Positions 13,481 to 25,349 of a DNA stretch of 64,000 nucleotides are shown here, piece by piece. Position numbers and translations under genes: made by a program. Every line of letters starts with the position of its first letter. Position 1 is the stretch's first letter. The stretch is from Batkoa obscura (taxonomy: Eukaryota). The notes below the pieces were generated by a model. It searched no databases. It saw nothing but the letters and a program-made list of their open reading frames with translations, and was not told the origin of the DNA. The stretch lies in the NCBI GenBank assembly GCA_030770535.1, contig JASVEC010000011.1:1054001-1118000 (forward strand), read 5' to 3'.

Positions 13481-15235
13481 TATGGAATTGTATTAATTTT
13501 TTATTTTTATTTCTATATAGATTTTAAATTAGGTTGGTTAATAAGGTGCGGTTTATGTTCTGTTAGATATTTAAGAAAAAGATATTTAATGGTAATAATT
13601 AATTAATAATATAAATAATAGAATTATATAAATATTAATTAATTTTTTATTAAAATATAGAAATCCTTGACAAGTCCTATAAATTTAAAATTATTAGATA
13701 AAGACAAAGATAATGAAATCATTCAATATTGGTTAAATGAATCACAATCTACTATTAATTCATTGTCAAGCTCAGCTACTTCTTCACCTCCACCATCACC
13801 TACAATAAATGTTAAATCAAATGATAAAATGAATGTAAGTTAAAATAGAAATATTATATTTTATAATATAAGAATATAATAAGAATATAATATAAGAACA
13901 TAATAAGAACATAATAAGAATATGATACTTATTTATTTAATATTTAATATATTTAATATATTTAATATTAGGTTTGGTATCATAAAAAAACAATTTATAG
14001 TCTATTTCGAATTATAAGAAAACAAAATCGATTCCATATAATAACTGTTAAAATGGCAGCGGAATTATTATTAAATTTAAGTTATTTTCCAGGTACAGCA
14101 CCTTGTTTAGATATCAACTTAAAAAAAAAAATGGAGGTAAAATATCAATTATTAAGTTTAATTTAAAGAATACTTCATTAATACTTTTTTTATACATTTT
14201 TAATTTTAGAATGATATTAAAGAAATGAATTTTAAAATGCAACATTACTTATCTCATCCAAAATTTCCTATATTATTATTTTATTTTGAAATAGAGAACT
14301 TTATGGGTAAGTAAATAATATTAATTATATATAAATGATATTTAATTTATTTTTAATATTAAATTAGAATCCATGGATCAAATTCCAAAAAAGATATTAA
14401 GTTTACAAGCTATAACAATATTTTCTCCAAGTATTGATCCGGATACTCATTTAGATAATAAAATTGGTAATTTATATTAAATTTAATAATAAATAATAAA
14501 TAATAAATAATAAATAATAAATAATAAATAATAAATAATAAATAATAAATAATAACAATAATAATCTATTTTCTATAGCTCATTTAAGTCGAGTCATTCA
14601 GATGTATTTAATTTATCAAAAATTAAATCATTGGCTATTACGTAGTCAAGGAGCAATACCAAGTTGGCAAAAACAATTAAAACAATATAAATTAAATAAT
14701 CAATTAGAAAACAATACTATTGTTGGATTAGATAATTATTTAGCATTGTCAGTTAAAATATTAGATAATTTTGATTTAGATAAACAATATGCTATTTTAT
14801 TAAATGAAAATCAAACTCAATTTTTATTAGCTAATATGGATCGTAATGGGTTTTCAAAAGCTAAACAAGTTAAAATTATAATAGCAATTAATTTTATGGA
14901 AGTTGAGGTAAACTAATTTGCATATTTATTTATTTTTATTGTATTAAAATGTAATATTTAATTTTTTTTGTTTTATCTTTATCTAGTTTCAAAAAGTACC
15001 TGATTCGCCTGAACTTATTAAAGTAATTCATTTTGATTTTAAATATCAAAATTTAGGTCTTGGAACTATACCAAAATCACCTTCATTTCCAGAAGTTATT
15101 ATCAAACAAGAATTTATCCTAGAATTTTTAGATTTAATGGAATGTTTACATGCATTACAAAATTTAAATTTAGCTAAGAAAGAATATTTAAAGAAATGCA
15201 GAGAAAACACTAAAAGTGTATTGGGACTTAATTGA
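11544..15235 (+). CDS. CLEC16A/TT9/GOP-1-like FPL-domain protein, multi-exon
   Basis: IEALRLITEMLIWNDQ, FFEYFLE, QSLNILFE..YYLLSNN and MVRVAIRTITLNI match the FPL domain; about 10 GT-AG introns. C-terminal exons are less certain. Confidence 0.82.
14489..14553. repeat. Intronic heptamer microsatellite (TAAATAA)n
   Basis: About 9 consecutive units inside an intron of the CLEC16A-like gene. Confidence 0.85.
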
Positions 15236-15945
15236 TGTATTAATATAAGAAGGATAAGGATAAGGATAAGGATTTAAGGAAAGAATGTTTGTTAAAGGTT
15301 ATATGTTTTATGAGTATATCTTAGTTTTCGATTGTTTTTGTAAAAATAAAATATTACATAAATTTAATATAACTATTACTTACTAAATTGATAAAATAAG
15401 ATCAAAATGATGATTATTCAAGTATTATTAGCATTCATAAGTTACAATAAATGAAATTTCGACTTTTAACTTAAATTTTAGTTATATTGATAAATTTCAC
15501 ATAGTTAACTTTTTTCATTAAAACGATGTCATGTTTTCATTTTCAATTTATAAACTAAAAGATAAATGAAAAAATGTTTATTAATATACTAAATGATCTA
15601 TTATAATATTTAAATAAACAATAAATTATTATCTAATTAAAATAAATTATTAAATACTTAATTACTTAATTACAAAATGAAAACATTCATTCAGTTTATT
15701 CTTATCAACAAAACTTCGATGTTTAACAAACGTAACACTCAACTTACCAATTTAGATCAAAATTTCAATTTTTTAAAGTATTTTGAAAAAAAGTGAATTT
15801 TTAACTATTAAAAAGGTGACGAAACTCGAAATTATCAGATAATATTTAACTTGATTTAATTGGTTGCGTTTTAAACCCAATCCATAAAAATTCACTTCAA
15901 CTCCAGTTTAATAACTTTTAACAAATATAAAATCGAAAATAAAAA

Positions 15946-16895
15946 ATGAGTAAACTTCGCGTATTAGTTGGTGTTAAAAGAGTGATTGATTATGCAGTTA
16001 AGATTCGTGTGAATCCAGGAAAAACAGGTGTTGAAACAAATGGTGTGAAGCATAGTATGAATCCATTTGATGAAATAGCAGTTGAAGAAGCGGTACGTTT
16101 ACGTGAAAAATTAGGTAAAGAAAAGATAGCTGAAATTATTGCTGTTACCTGTGGTCCAAGTAAATCTCAAGAAACATTAAGAACTGCTTTAGCTATGGGA
16201 GCGGATCGTGCTATTCATGTGGAAGTTAGTGATAAAGAAGCTAGCGATTTACAACCTTTAGCAGTAGCTAAATTACTTAAAGCTGTTGTTGAAAAAGAAA
16301 ATATTGATTTAGCTATTTTGGGTAAACAAGCTATTGATGATGATTCTAATCAAACGGGTCAAATGTTAGCTGGATTTTTAAATTGGCCACAAGTAAATTT
16401 TTGTATAGAATCAAAGAACATTTTTTTATTTGTATTTAATTTTTAGGCTACTTTTGCTTCCAAGATAGATATCGCTGATAATGGTGGAATTTCAGTTAAA
16501 CGTGAAGTGGATGGAGGATTAGAAACGCTTGCTAGTAAATTACCTGCTGTTGTTACTACTGATTTACGGTAATTTTAATTTTATAAATGTATTAAATTTT
16601 ATATTCATTCCGATTTTTTAGTTTAAATGAACCACGTTACGCTTCTCTTCCTAACATTATGGTAATATCAGTTTTCAGAAGGAATGGGGAATGAGTGTGT
16701 TTGTTAACTTTACTTTTTTAGAAAGCCAAAAAGAAACCATTAGCCAAACTTACCCCAAGTGAACTTGGAGTTGATATTTCACCAAGACTTCAAGTATTGG
16801 AAGTGGTTGAGCCACCAAAGCGTCAAGGTGGTGGTAAGGTTGAATCCGTAGATGAGTTATTGGATAAACTTCGTAATGAAAAGAAGGTGATCTAA
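15946..16895 (+). CDS. ETFB: Electron transfer flavoprotein beta subunit
   Basis: [52 protein letters not shown]; 3 GT-AG introns. Confidence 0.96.
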
Positions 16896-17216
16896 AAATG
16901 GTATTTCTTTAATAAAATTGAAAGTTAAATTCCGATTATTAATTTTTAAATTTGTTTATTTCTGTTTATTTTGTGTTAATATGTATTATAATTGTTAAAT
17001 TATGCATGGCAAGTTATTATTAAATAAATTTTATTTTAGTATTTAAAAATTATATAATAACACTATAATTTTATATTATTTATATTCAATTTGGATGGAA
17101 ATAATGGGATTAAAATAATGCATTTATTCTATTTGTTTATAATATATGACTATAACTTGGATAAAAATTCAATACATTCTAGTTAAATTAATAAAAATAA
17201 ATAGTACATTCATAAT

Positions 17217-17314
17217 GGAGGCGTCCTTTTTGGTTTCATCATTTTTTCCATTTTTTAAGTACTATTTGAGTGGAAAGATTGTTATTAAAATTCTTAAACA
17301 AAAAGTACATCCCC
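17217..17314 (-). mobile_element. MITE copy 3
   Basis: GGAGGCGT...ACATCCCC; flanks TAAT/ATAT (imperfect TSD). Confidence 0.85.
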
Positions 17315-17432
17315 ATATGCTTGTGTCCCTATGAAACAAATAATAAATAAATTAAATTGAACTTTAAAAAAATCAATAAATGTAGAAGTATAGAGTTACT
17401 GTTAAATTTTAATAGGCAATAAACAAAAAAAT

Positions 17433-19443
17433 TTAAATCACATCCGAAGATGGGGATCCTTGAGGTGGTGTACCTGGTATAAAACTTGGGTCATTTTCAT
17501 CATCCCCAATTAATTGCCCTTTAAAAGTATCAATTTGATCGGGTACCCAATTCGAAGTTAATCTTTCCAGATTACTTTCAACTCCTTGTGAGTATGCTAG
17601 AGCACCTTGGGTATGACTTTCTTTCTCCTCACGAGGCGGAGTGTTGAAAGTACTTGAATTATCTTCACTTGAATCGATATTATAATTTTGCCTTCGTTCA
17701 GCTGAATAGCTATTCGTTGATAGTGTAGTTGCTGTCCTATTGCTATTTGCTAACACTGTAGTTGCTGTTCTATTGCTATTTGCTTGTAATGTAGTGGCTG
17801 TTCTGTAGCTATTTATCTGTACAGTACTGGCTGTTCTATGACTATTTGCTGGCACTGTAGTGGCTGTTCTTTGAGTATCTACTGGTATCGCAGTATTTAT
17901 TCTGTGACTACTTATTTCTGTCGTAGAAGTTGTTTTTCTTTTTTTCAAGCTTAACTTTTCACTCGTCCCTTGAGTTAAATCCTATAATATTAAAGTAAAA
18001 AATAAAATTATCAAAATTATTTACCGTCTGATAATTATGCTCTTGTTCAATGATATTTGGGAGATCTAAAGCTGAATCCAAACTAGAAGTTGGTTCATTT
18101 ATATGAGCCATACTACTACTTCTATTGTCAGCATCTAATAAAATTAAGTTAATGATACTTTTAAGACAATGAAACTTACGAATTTCCAAACCACTTAAGC
18201 TTCTTAAAAGAACATTTACATTGGAGTTCTGCGTTACATTCTCAGCTAAATCTCTTTTCGCAGATGCCTCTTGAGTTGCTGGTGTTGCAATAAAAGAATT
18301 GTTTAAATTACTATTATTCTGTGTATGGAATAACTTGATGTTTTGCTCGCCACTTGTACAAATTACAAAGCGTGCCTGAACCGTCCCTCTTAATTCTAAA
18401 TCAAAAAATATCGGTCTAATAATATGATTAGGTATTCTTTAACTATTATCATTTAGCTTACTCTCCGCCACATGTAAAATAGGCATTGATATCACATTCC
18501 ATTTCTTTAGCTAGAACTAAAACTGCCTATGAAATTAAATGAATGTTTTAAAATATCTGTGATCTTCTTACTTTAAACTCTTTAACATTCAGAGTTAAGT
18601 ACACATCCTTATCAACACTAAATCTATCTAAATCAGAGGGATGGATCGTTAAAATAGTATGTGGATGTTTTTTAATTTTTTCTATAAATATTAAAAATTC
18701 ATCAAAATCAACAAATCTCTTACTTAAATCGGTGATACTTCCCAATGCTTCATTGTGAAACGATTTGATTGAAAATGAGTCACTTGTACAAATAAGTGTA
18801 AATTCTTCTAATCGAATATCAAATTGAGCTAATAATGTTAATAAAAACTTTGAATTCATTCTCCAGCTGTAACAGTTGTTGGAACGTACAATATGCAATG
18901 TATCTACAGCTGAGTCTTGATAGGCTACCTTTATCTGTTGATAGACTAAGTTTGGATAAATAAACCTGATTTTCAATCTCAAACCTTCGGATTCTTCCCT
19001 GTTTTCAAAGTCGTTGATGCTGAATTCACATCTCTCTGCTTTGTCAGTACTTGACATGCTTAGTTTTACCACGTCTAATAAAGTCTAATTTTTAATTAAC
19101 TGTACAGATTTCAAATTTAATTACCTTTAAATCCACTTTGCAATTTACTTCTGAGTTCGTTCCCATTTTGATCTCATCAAAAAACCCACTCTTAAATAAT
19201 ATTTTACCATAGGATGAGCGACTACTATCCATCAATGAAAATAAAATCTACTCTTTATTAATTTTAAATGTTAAAATTAGTGCATTTCTACCTCATCTTT
19301 ATTCCCGGTGATAGATAGTGAATCCCCAAACTTCAAAAGACAGGATAATATTTTATAAAATTCTAAAAGGTATTTAGTTCATACAATAATTTTATTAGTG
19401 TTATTATACCTTTTAACGAAAACCCTGGGACAATAAAATCCAT
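17433..19443 (-). CDS. rad9: Rad9/Ddc1-type 9-1-1 checkpoint clamp subunit, multi-exon
   Basis: Spliced N-terminus MDFIVPGFSLK-EFYKILSCLLKFGDSL..MDSSRSSYGKILF..FFDE, LTLNVKEFK, and a disordered Ser/Thr-rich tail. Confidence 0.8.
17706..17870 (-). repeat. Coding 33-bp (11-aa) tandem repeat x5 in the Rad9 tail
   Basis: RTATTVPANSH / RTASTVQINSY / RTATTLQANSN / RTATTVLANSN / RTATTLSTNSY. Confidence 0.9.
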
Positions 19444-19543
19444 AACGATAAGTAATGACGATAAAAAACTTTAAAAGGCAAATTAGAACATTTTCATTTT
19501 ATGCAAAAAAGAAACCTAAATTTCAACTCAGTTTTTAATCCAA

Positions 19544-19843
19544 ATGCTTGAACTAAGCAGCCTATTTGATCGACGCGTTTATGGTTATTTAATTTTAATA
19601 ATCACCTATGTCATTTTCTTGGTCTATTCTTACGCTTTATTTTTTTCAAAGTGTATTGTTTTAGAACCACGGTATGAAGTAAGTTGATTTATTTACTTTG
19701 ATTACACTGAATTAACTGTTTAGGTTTTAACTTGGGTAGAGAAGAATGAGTACTATTTTTTAGCTTCGATACTGTTTCTACCAATGGGGCTATGGATTAT
19801 CTTCTGGAATTGGGCTGGTATGAAGTATTTTAGGCATAATTGA
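19544..19843 (+). CDS. PIGY: PIG-Y-family GPI-GlcNAc transferase subunit (84 aa, 2 exons; not in ORF track)
   Basis: Exons 19544-19678 and 19724-19843 give two TM segments and the family C-terminus NWAGMKYFRHN-stop. Confidence 0.85.
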
Positions 19844-20339
19844 TGGACGAATAGATACCAAAATAATTTGTTAATAATCGCTATTACTGTGACCCTAATT
19901 TATATAAATTTAGCTACTCGAATTAAATCTGATGAGCTAGTAATCTTTATTTAGAAACATTTATATCAAAGAGTTATTATTATGGCACTTAATTATTAAA
20001 TATGCAATGTTTTCATTTGCAACCTACACTCATCTACAAATTTTAATAATAAATAATTTAAATGTCATTATTTTAGATTCAAACAAACTTAGATTCATCG
20101 AATTAATATCCGTGCGACTAATATGTTAATAATGAAATCTATAGTAATATCTTTATAGATTACCCTTGTAATTTTTATTTGAAAAAAAAGAATTTAGATT
20201 TAAATCAAACACAGATTCCTTAAAGCCCTTATTTTAAAATGTTATAGCTAACTATTCCTTCTGTAAACCAACCGTCTATAAACAAGACAATTCAAATATA
20301 AACTTTTGGAAAGCTAAAGCAGCAAGTTTCAATACTTTA

Positions 20340-22173
20340 TTATTTCAAATGGAAAGTTAAAAGTAAATCTGGTAAACGATATTTATCCAAAATCAATAAG
20401 TCCATCAACAGTGGCAATGAGTCTCTATGAACAGTTGGCCTTGATTCTAAAAATACATTGTAGTTTTTCATCTCTTCAATTTTATTACTGCATCGTTTTA
20501 ACACAGAATAAAAGTCACCCTGAAACAAAATTGTTATATAAATCAACTAAGGTTATTATAAGCCTTACCTTTTCAATATGCAGCAACCCTTTTAATTCCT
20601 TGGATAAAGTATATTCTGCCAATGGTAATTTTATCTTTTCTTTTGCTTCAGCCTCAACGATATTGACGATTTTCTTTGAACGATCCTCTCGGATAAAATG
20701 TGGACGTTTTAATAAATTTTTGCATCCTTCACCTTGAGCAGTGCCCCAGTTTGTTCTATTTGTTTTGAATGATTTTATTACTTTATAACAACTATATTTA
20801 ATGTGCCTATTAGCTTTGTTAAATGCTAAAAAATAAATCACCCTTTCAAAATACCGTAATATTATAATACCTCTATTATTGAATTTAATCTTGAATTTTT
20901 TATTATTCTTTTTATTTGATTTTGCGAACGCTTTTTCAGTTGCAGCATTTGTCTCTTTATTTTTGATTTCAAGTGGGATTTCATTTATGTACCTCGTTAC
21001 CGCTTTACTACTTACACAATTTACTCCATTTATTTCATTCGAAATCATCTTTTCAGATTGACTATTCTTTAAATTTTTGTCATTAATTACATAATTCTTA
21101 TTTCTAGCTTTCTTATCAGCATTTCTTTTATTTGAAGCTGATATTATTTTATTGTATTTTTTCTGTTGTGATTCTAGTTCATAAATCTTTTCCTTTTGTC
21201 TGTTTAATTCTATTTCATGAGTCTCTTCTTGCTGCAACTGTAACTTCCAAATCTTTTGTTTTTGTAACTCCAATTCCTGAATCTTTTTATTTGATAGTTG
21301 GATTTCCAATACCTGATCATAATTGATAGTCCTTAGTAAATCCCCGTTTAATTTCTCTGATATCAACTCCCTTTCTAAACTTTCAAATTGAAATTCTTTA
21401 TCCATTGTTAAATTTAATTCCTCATTTAGCAATAAACCATCATTTTCTAGCTCATTAATATAACTCCTTTTTTTCTCGAGTTCTTTTTCTAATTGAATAA
21501 CCAATAATACCAGTTGATCTATTCTTTTTTCTTTTGAATGTAAATCCATTCTGAAATCCCCTCTCTCCTTTTTCAACCGAGCCTTTAAGTCATAAATCTG
21601 CTCATATAATTCCTTCTGAGAATCTTGCTCGACTCTTTCATTAACTAGTTGCATTGAATTAAGTTTTCTATCCTTCCTATTTTGTTTATTTATCAATACA
21701 AAATTTATATGCCCGCTACTACCATCATTTAACAAAATAGGAGCTTGACCTATTGAAGTATCTGAACTTTTATTAGCACTATTTATATCATTTCCAGGGT
21801 CATAATTATCATTTGAGTTAACAAAATTATTTAATATAACCGTTTTGAAATGTATTTGCTCGCTACACAGTGGGCATATACTTTGCTTCTTAACAGCTTT
21901 AATATACCTTTCGATGCTAAAAAAGTAGTCAATTAAAGTGTTGAAATTTACTTTGATTTACTTAGAATTTACCACTGATTATGAAACATATGACCACCTT
22001 TAAGAAATTAGTTGATTATAGTATTATTTAATAAACTGCTTACAATTAGTAACCACAATCTCTTTGCTTCTTATTCTATCCTGCCAATGATCAGATTCTT
22101 CATGTTGCTTCAATATATCCTCCTTTTTATACGTGTATCTTTGGAAGCTGTGTTGACAAAGAGTACAGCTCAT
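20340..22173 (-). CDS. RING-H2 plus coiled-coil protein (putative E3 ligase)
   Basis: Spliced N-terminus CTLC...CGHMFHNQC...CPLC joins the 20515-21735 coiled-coil ORF; the last exon ends at 20340. Confidence 0.75.
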
Positions 22174-22545
22174 TTGTATTTATTTAAAGATAAAACAAAG
22201 AAAGAATAAATGTCAAATTTTATGTCTTATTGGTAGAAGACAATTACGAAAATGCCTATAGCTTTATTACTTCTGCTTATTATTTGCCTTATTTGGATAA
22301 AACTCTTATCGTGATTATTTGGCTCATGAAATTTTGCAGTAAATCGCGATATCTTAACCGTTTAATTATAACTTATATGCTAATGTAATAAATGCCTATA
22401 TCTTATAGTATAAAGTGCTAGAAAGTTTTGAATACACTGTTAAAAAGATGAGAGTGCTATATAAATAAAAATAAGAGAAAACACTATTTCTAAAGTGTTC
22501 AAAATAGCTTTTAAAGTAACTCTTAATTATAATTTATAGCTTTAT

Positions 22546-23835
22546 TCAAAATAAATAAAAATTAGAAAAAGGAAGAATCTTTGAGAGTACGTCAATATCA
22601 GATCTATTGACAGCTAAATAATCAATTAGAAAAAGTGTAGAATAAGTCATAATGGTCAAATAAGTTTCATCAGTTATAGTTAATTGTCCATGTTTAAACT
22701 TCACTTGAGTAACATTAGGGAACAGCCTTAATGCATTAAACAGTACTTCAATACTTAAATAACACTCTTTAAATACTAATTTAGTGATAGAAGAGTTTAT
22801 TATATTACTTATCTCATTTTCACTATCAAAACAAGGCACTATTGTAGACTGATTTTCATCACTTTGATCACTATAAAAAACGATTGTTGAAACTGTTTTA
22901 AACTTTGTTAGTCTTAACATCACATCTTCTAGCTCATTGTTGAGCTTAATATACACTTTATTCAAATGAGACATTGAACTAACAGTTATACCATCAATTA
23001 ACTTTAAATCAATAAACCCCAAATTCTGGAACTTAAAATGATTTTCACTGCTAATGCAATCCAATATAGTTAACTTTTTAAATGGAACTTTTAATGTAAT
23101 CAAATTATTTAAATCACCAAAATATTGTAACCTAAACATTCTACTAAAATTTCCATCAAGTACAAGCTTCTTTAAATTAGTAAATGACTTGGTTTTATTA
23201 AAATTATATGGAATTACAAATCTAGTACATGCCAAATATAAGGCAGCTAGATTCTGGAAGTTTTTTTGTAGTATTTCCAAACCAAACAAATTGATGGCAA
23301 AGCCTTGAATCTTTAATTTCTTTAATCTATTAGGGTTGAGGTATTCAGTTACAATAGAAATGGGTATCAACCCATTTACTTTTAAATCAAACTCTTCCAC
23401 TTGGAATAAGATGCTAGCAAAATTCAAGATGGTAGCTTTATATTTTTCATCGATTACAAAGGTTAGTTTTTTTAAGGATTCAAAAGAAGCAGAATGAAAT
23501 ATTGTTCTTGAAAATGGATCATTTGAATTAAAATAAATAATGAAATTGGAGATATTAGTATATAAGTTCAAATCAAGCCCATGATTGCTCTTTATTATCA
23601 GCCTCTTTATTTTGTTTGGATACTCTTTTATTATCTTATTATGATCTTCCACTCGCTTTTTACTTGGTATATAGTTATAATGTAATGAGTTTCTAAATAG
23701 AATACCATCTATTATTTTATAGATTGTTTTGTTAAGAGTCATAAGGTTGGATAACTCATTTAGATCTATACATAAAAACATCTCTTCTAGTAAAACACCT
23801 GGTAAGTCATCTAGCTTTAGCTTGCTTTGATTCAT
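22546..23835 (-). CDS. F-box protein with LRR-like C-terminus, intronless
   Basis: LDDLPGVLLEEMFLCID..L..L..LNK F-box followed by LxxLxL repeats. Confidence 0.75.
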   Translation of the reverse strand: MNQSKLKLDDLPGVLLEEMFLCIDLNELSNLMTLNKTIYKIIDGILFRNSLHYNYIPSKKRVEDHNKIIKEYPNKIKRLIIKSNHGLDLNLYTNISNFIIYFNSNDPFSRTIFHSASFESLKKLTFVIDEKYKATILNFASILFQVEEFDLKVNGLIPISIVTEYLNPNRLKKLKIQGFAINLFGLEILQKNFQNLAALYLACTRFVIPYNFNKTKSFTNLKKLVLDGNFSRMFRLQYFGDLNNLITLKVPFKKLTILDCISSENHFKFQNLGFIDLKLIDGITVSSMSHLNKVYIKLNNELEDVMLRLTKFKTVSTIVFYSDQSDENQSTIVPCFDSENEISNIINSSITKLVFKECYLSIEVLFNALRLFPNVTQVKFKHGQLTITDETYLTIMTYSTLFLIDYLAVNRSDIDVLSKILPFSNFYLF

Positions 23836-24023
23836 GATAAAAAACGATTAGAAAAGTAAAAATATTTTTGAACTTTATGATTGTTTTTCTAGAATTTATA
23901 TTTACTGGTTTTATTGCTTAAATTCTCATTTCTTACATTTTCTAAAAAAGCTCAAATTAGCAAAATGAATTTAAAAAAGAGTATTTTTGAGTAAATCGTC
24001 ATCTTTTTAAGTTTTGATTAGAA

Positions 24024-24761
24024 ATGGTGTATTTATTAAGTATAATAAATCAAGAAGGGATTGAAAGATACAACAAATTATTTCAACCAGTAATTTTCAA
24101 AAAGGCCGAGGAGTATAATCAGTTCAAGGATACTTTGTTTGATATACTATCTAATAGAGAAGAATATGAAGTAAATCTAATGTAAAATTTAGTTTATTTT
24201 TATAAATATGAATAGGGTCCTATATTTGAATTTCATAATACTGAGAATACAATCGGTATGTATATAAATATATTAAAGGTGATACTTATTATATATAGTC
24301 TATAAGAAGTTTGCTTCATTATATTTTATGGCTTATATTAATCCTAAAGAAGTAAGAGCTTTTATTTACTTTACTCAATTATTTACCTTCATAGAATGAA
24401 TTCGAAGTATCAGATATTTTAAGCCATATAATGGGTATATTATTGTTATTTTTTAAGCTCAGTTTTAAATATAAATAGAGACCTTAAGCATTTCATTTGA
24501 AAGCTTTGTAAGGAAACTTTATTAAATTAACCATTTTTCGAGCTAACTTATGTTTTTAGTGCGAGTTAGATATATCCTTTTTTGAAAAATAATTTGTTAC
24601 ATAACCATAGCAAAAAGAATATTTCCTTAACCACTATATACATTATATATCACTTAGATAAGGTAAATTTAATTATTAGTGAGTTTTTCAATATCAATGG
24701 GGAAATTCAAGCAACGGATCCTATTCAAATACTAACTTCGATTGAACAATTTGAGGAGTAA
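24024..24761 (+). CDS. AP4S1: Adaptor protein complex sigma subunit, probably AP-4 sigma (7 exons; not in ORF track)
   Basis: Exons 24024-24170, 24216-24255, 24299-24351, 24395-24434, 24479-24507, 24560-24571 and 24642-24761 give an open ~146-aa longin protein with IVYKKFASLYF, ENE and CELDIIYHLDKV..I.E...NGEI. AP sigma is well supported; the AP-4 subtype is less certain. Confidence 0.8.
24572..24641 (+). other. U12-type (minor spliceosome) AT-AC intron
   Basis: 5' end ATATCCTTT, branch TTCCTTAAC at 24623-24631, 3' end TAC; removal restores CELD|IIYHLDKV in frame. Confidence 0.93.
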
Positions 24762-25349
24762 TACAAACCCAATTATTATTTTATAAGGTAGGGTTTTTTT
24801 AGTTTAAAGGTCGATATTATAAATATTGTTATTCGCTTATAATTTTTAATGTATAGTGGATTTGAAGTTGTTTTTTGTAAAACGTTAAACATTATATTTA
24901 TAGATTTAGTTAGAGAAATGTGGTTTGTTTTTCTGTGCCTTTTTTATCTAGCCCTACATTCAACTATATGTATTTATAAAACTTGTAATTATTTCGCTCT
25001 CATGAGTCAAGGAATTAAAAGTGGGGTTTAAGAATTTGTTAGATATCAATTTTTCACTTCGTACTAGCAAATTTTAAGCTTTCTACCTCATTAAGAGATA
25101 ATTGCTGTACTTTAACGTTTTTTCATATCATTAATATTTGTTTTCTAACCATTTGCTATAGTTTTATTCATTTAGTTATATTTGTTATTTTTAACTTTAA
25201 TACAGCTTGTTAATTAACTTTCAATTTGATTTATAGTAATCATGAAGTTTTCAAATATGCTACTATTTATTTTATTTTAGAATACATCTATTTATACTGT
25301 CGTTTAAAAAACAAGCATAAGAAGATATTTTTTATGCTAATAATTTTTA

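Noticed and set aside
13431..13606. Poly-Leu 'TM segment' at the end of track ORF 12710-13606
   Set aside because: It is a (TTA)n microsatellite inside an intron (GT at 13431, AG at 13520) read through by the ORF caller.
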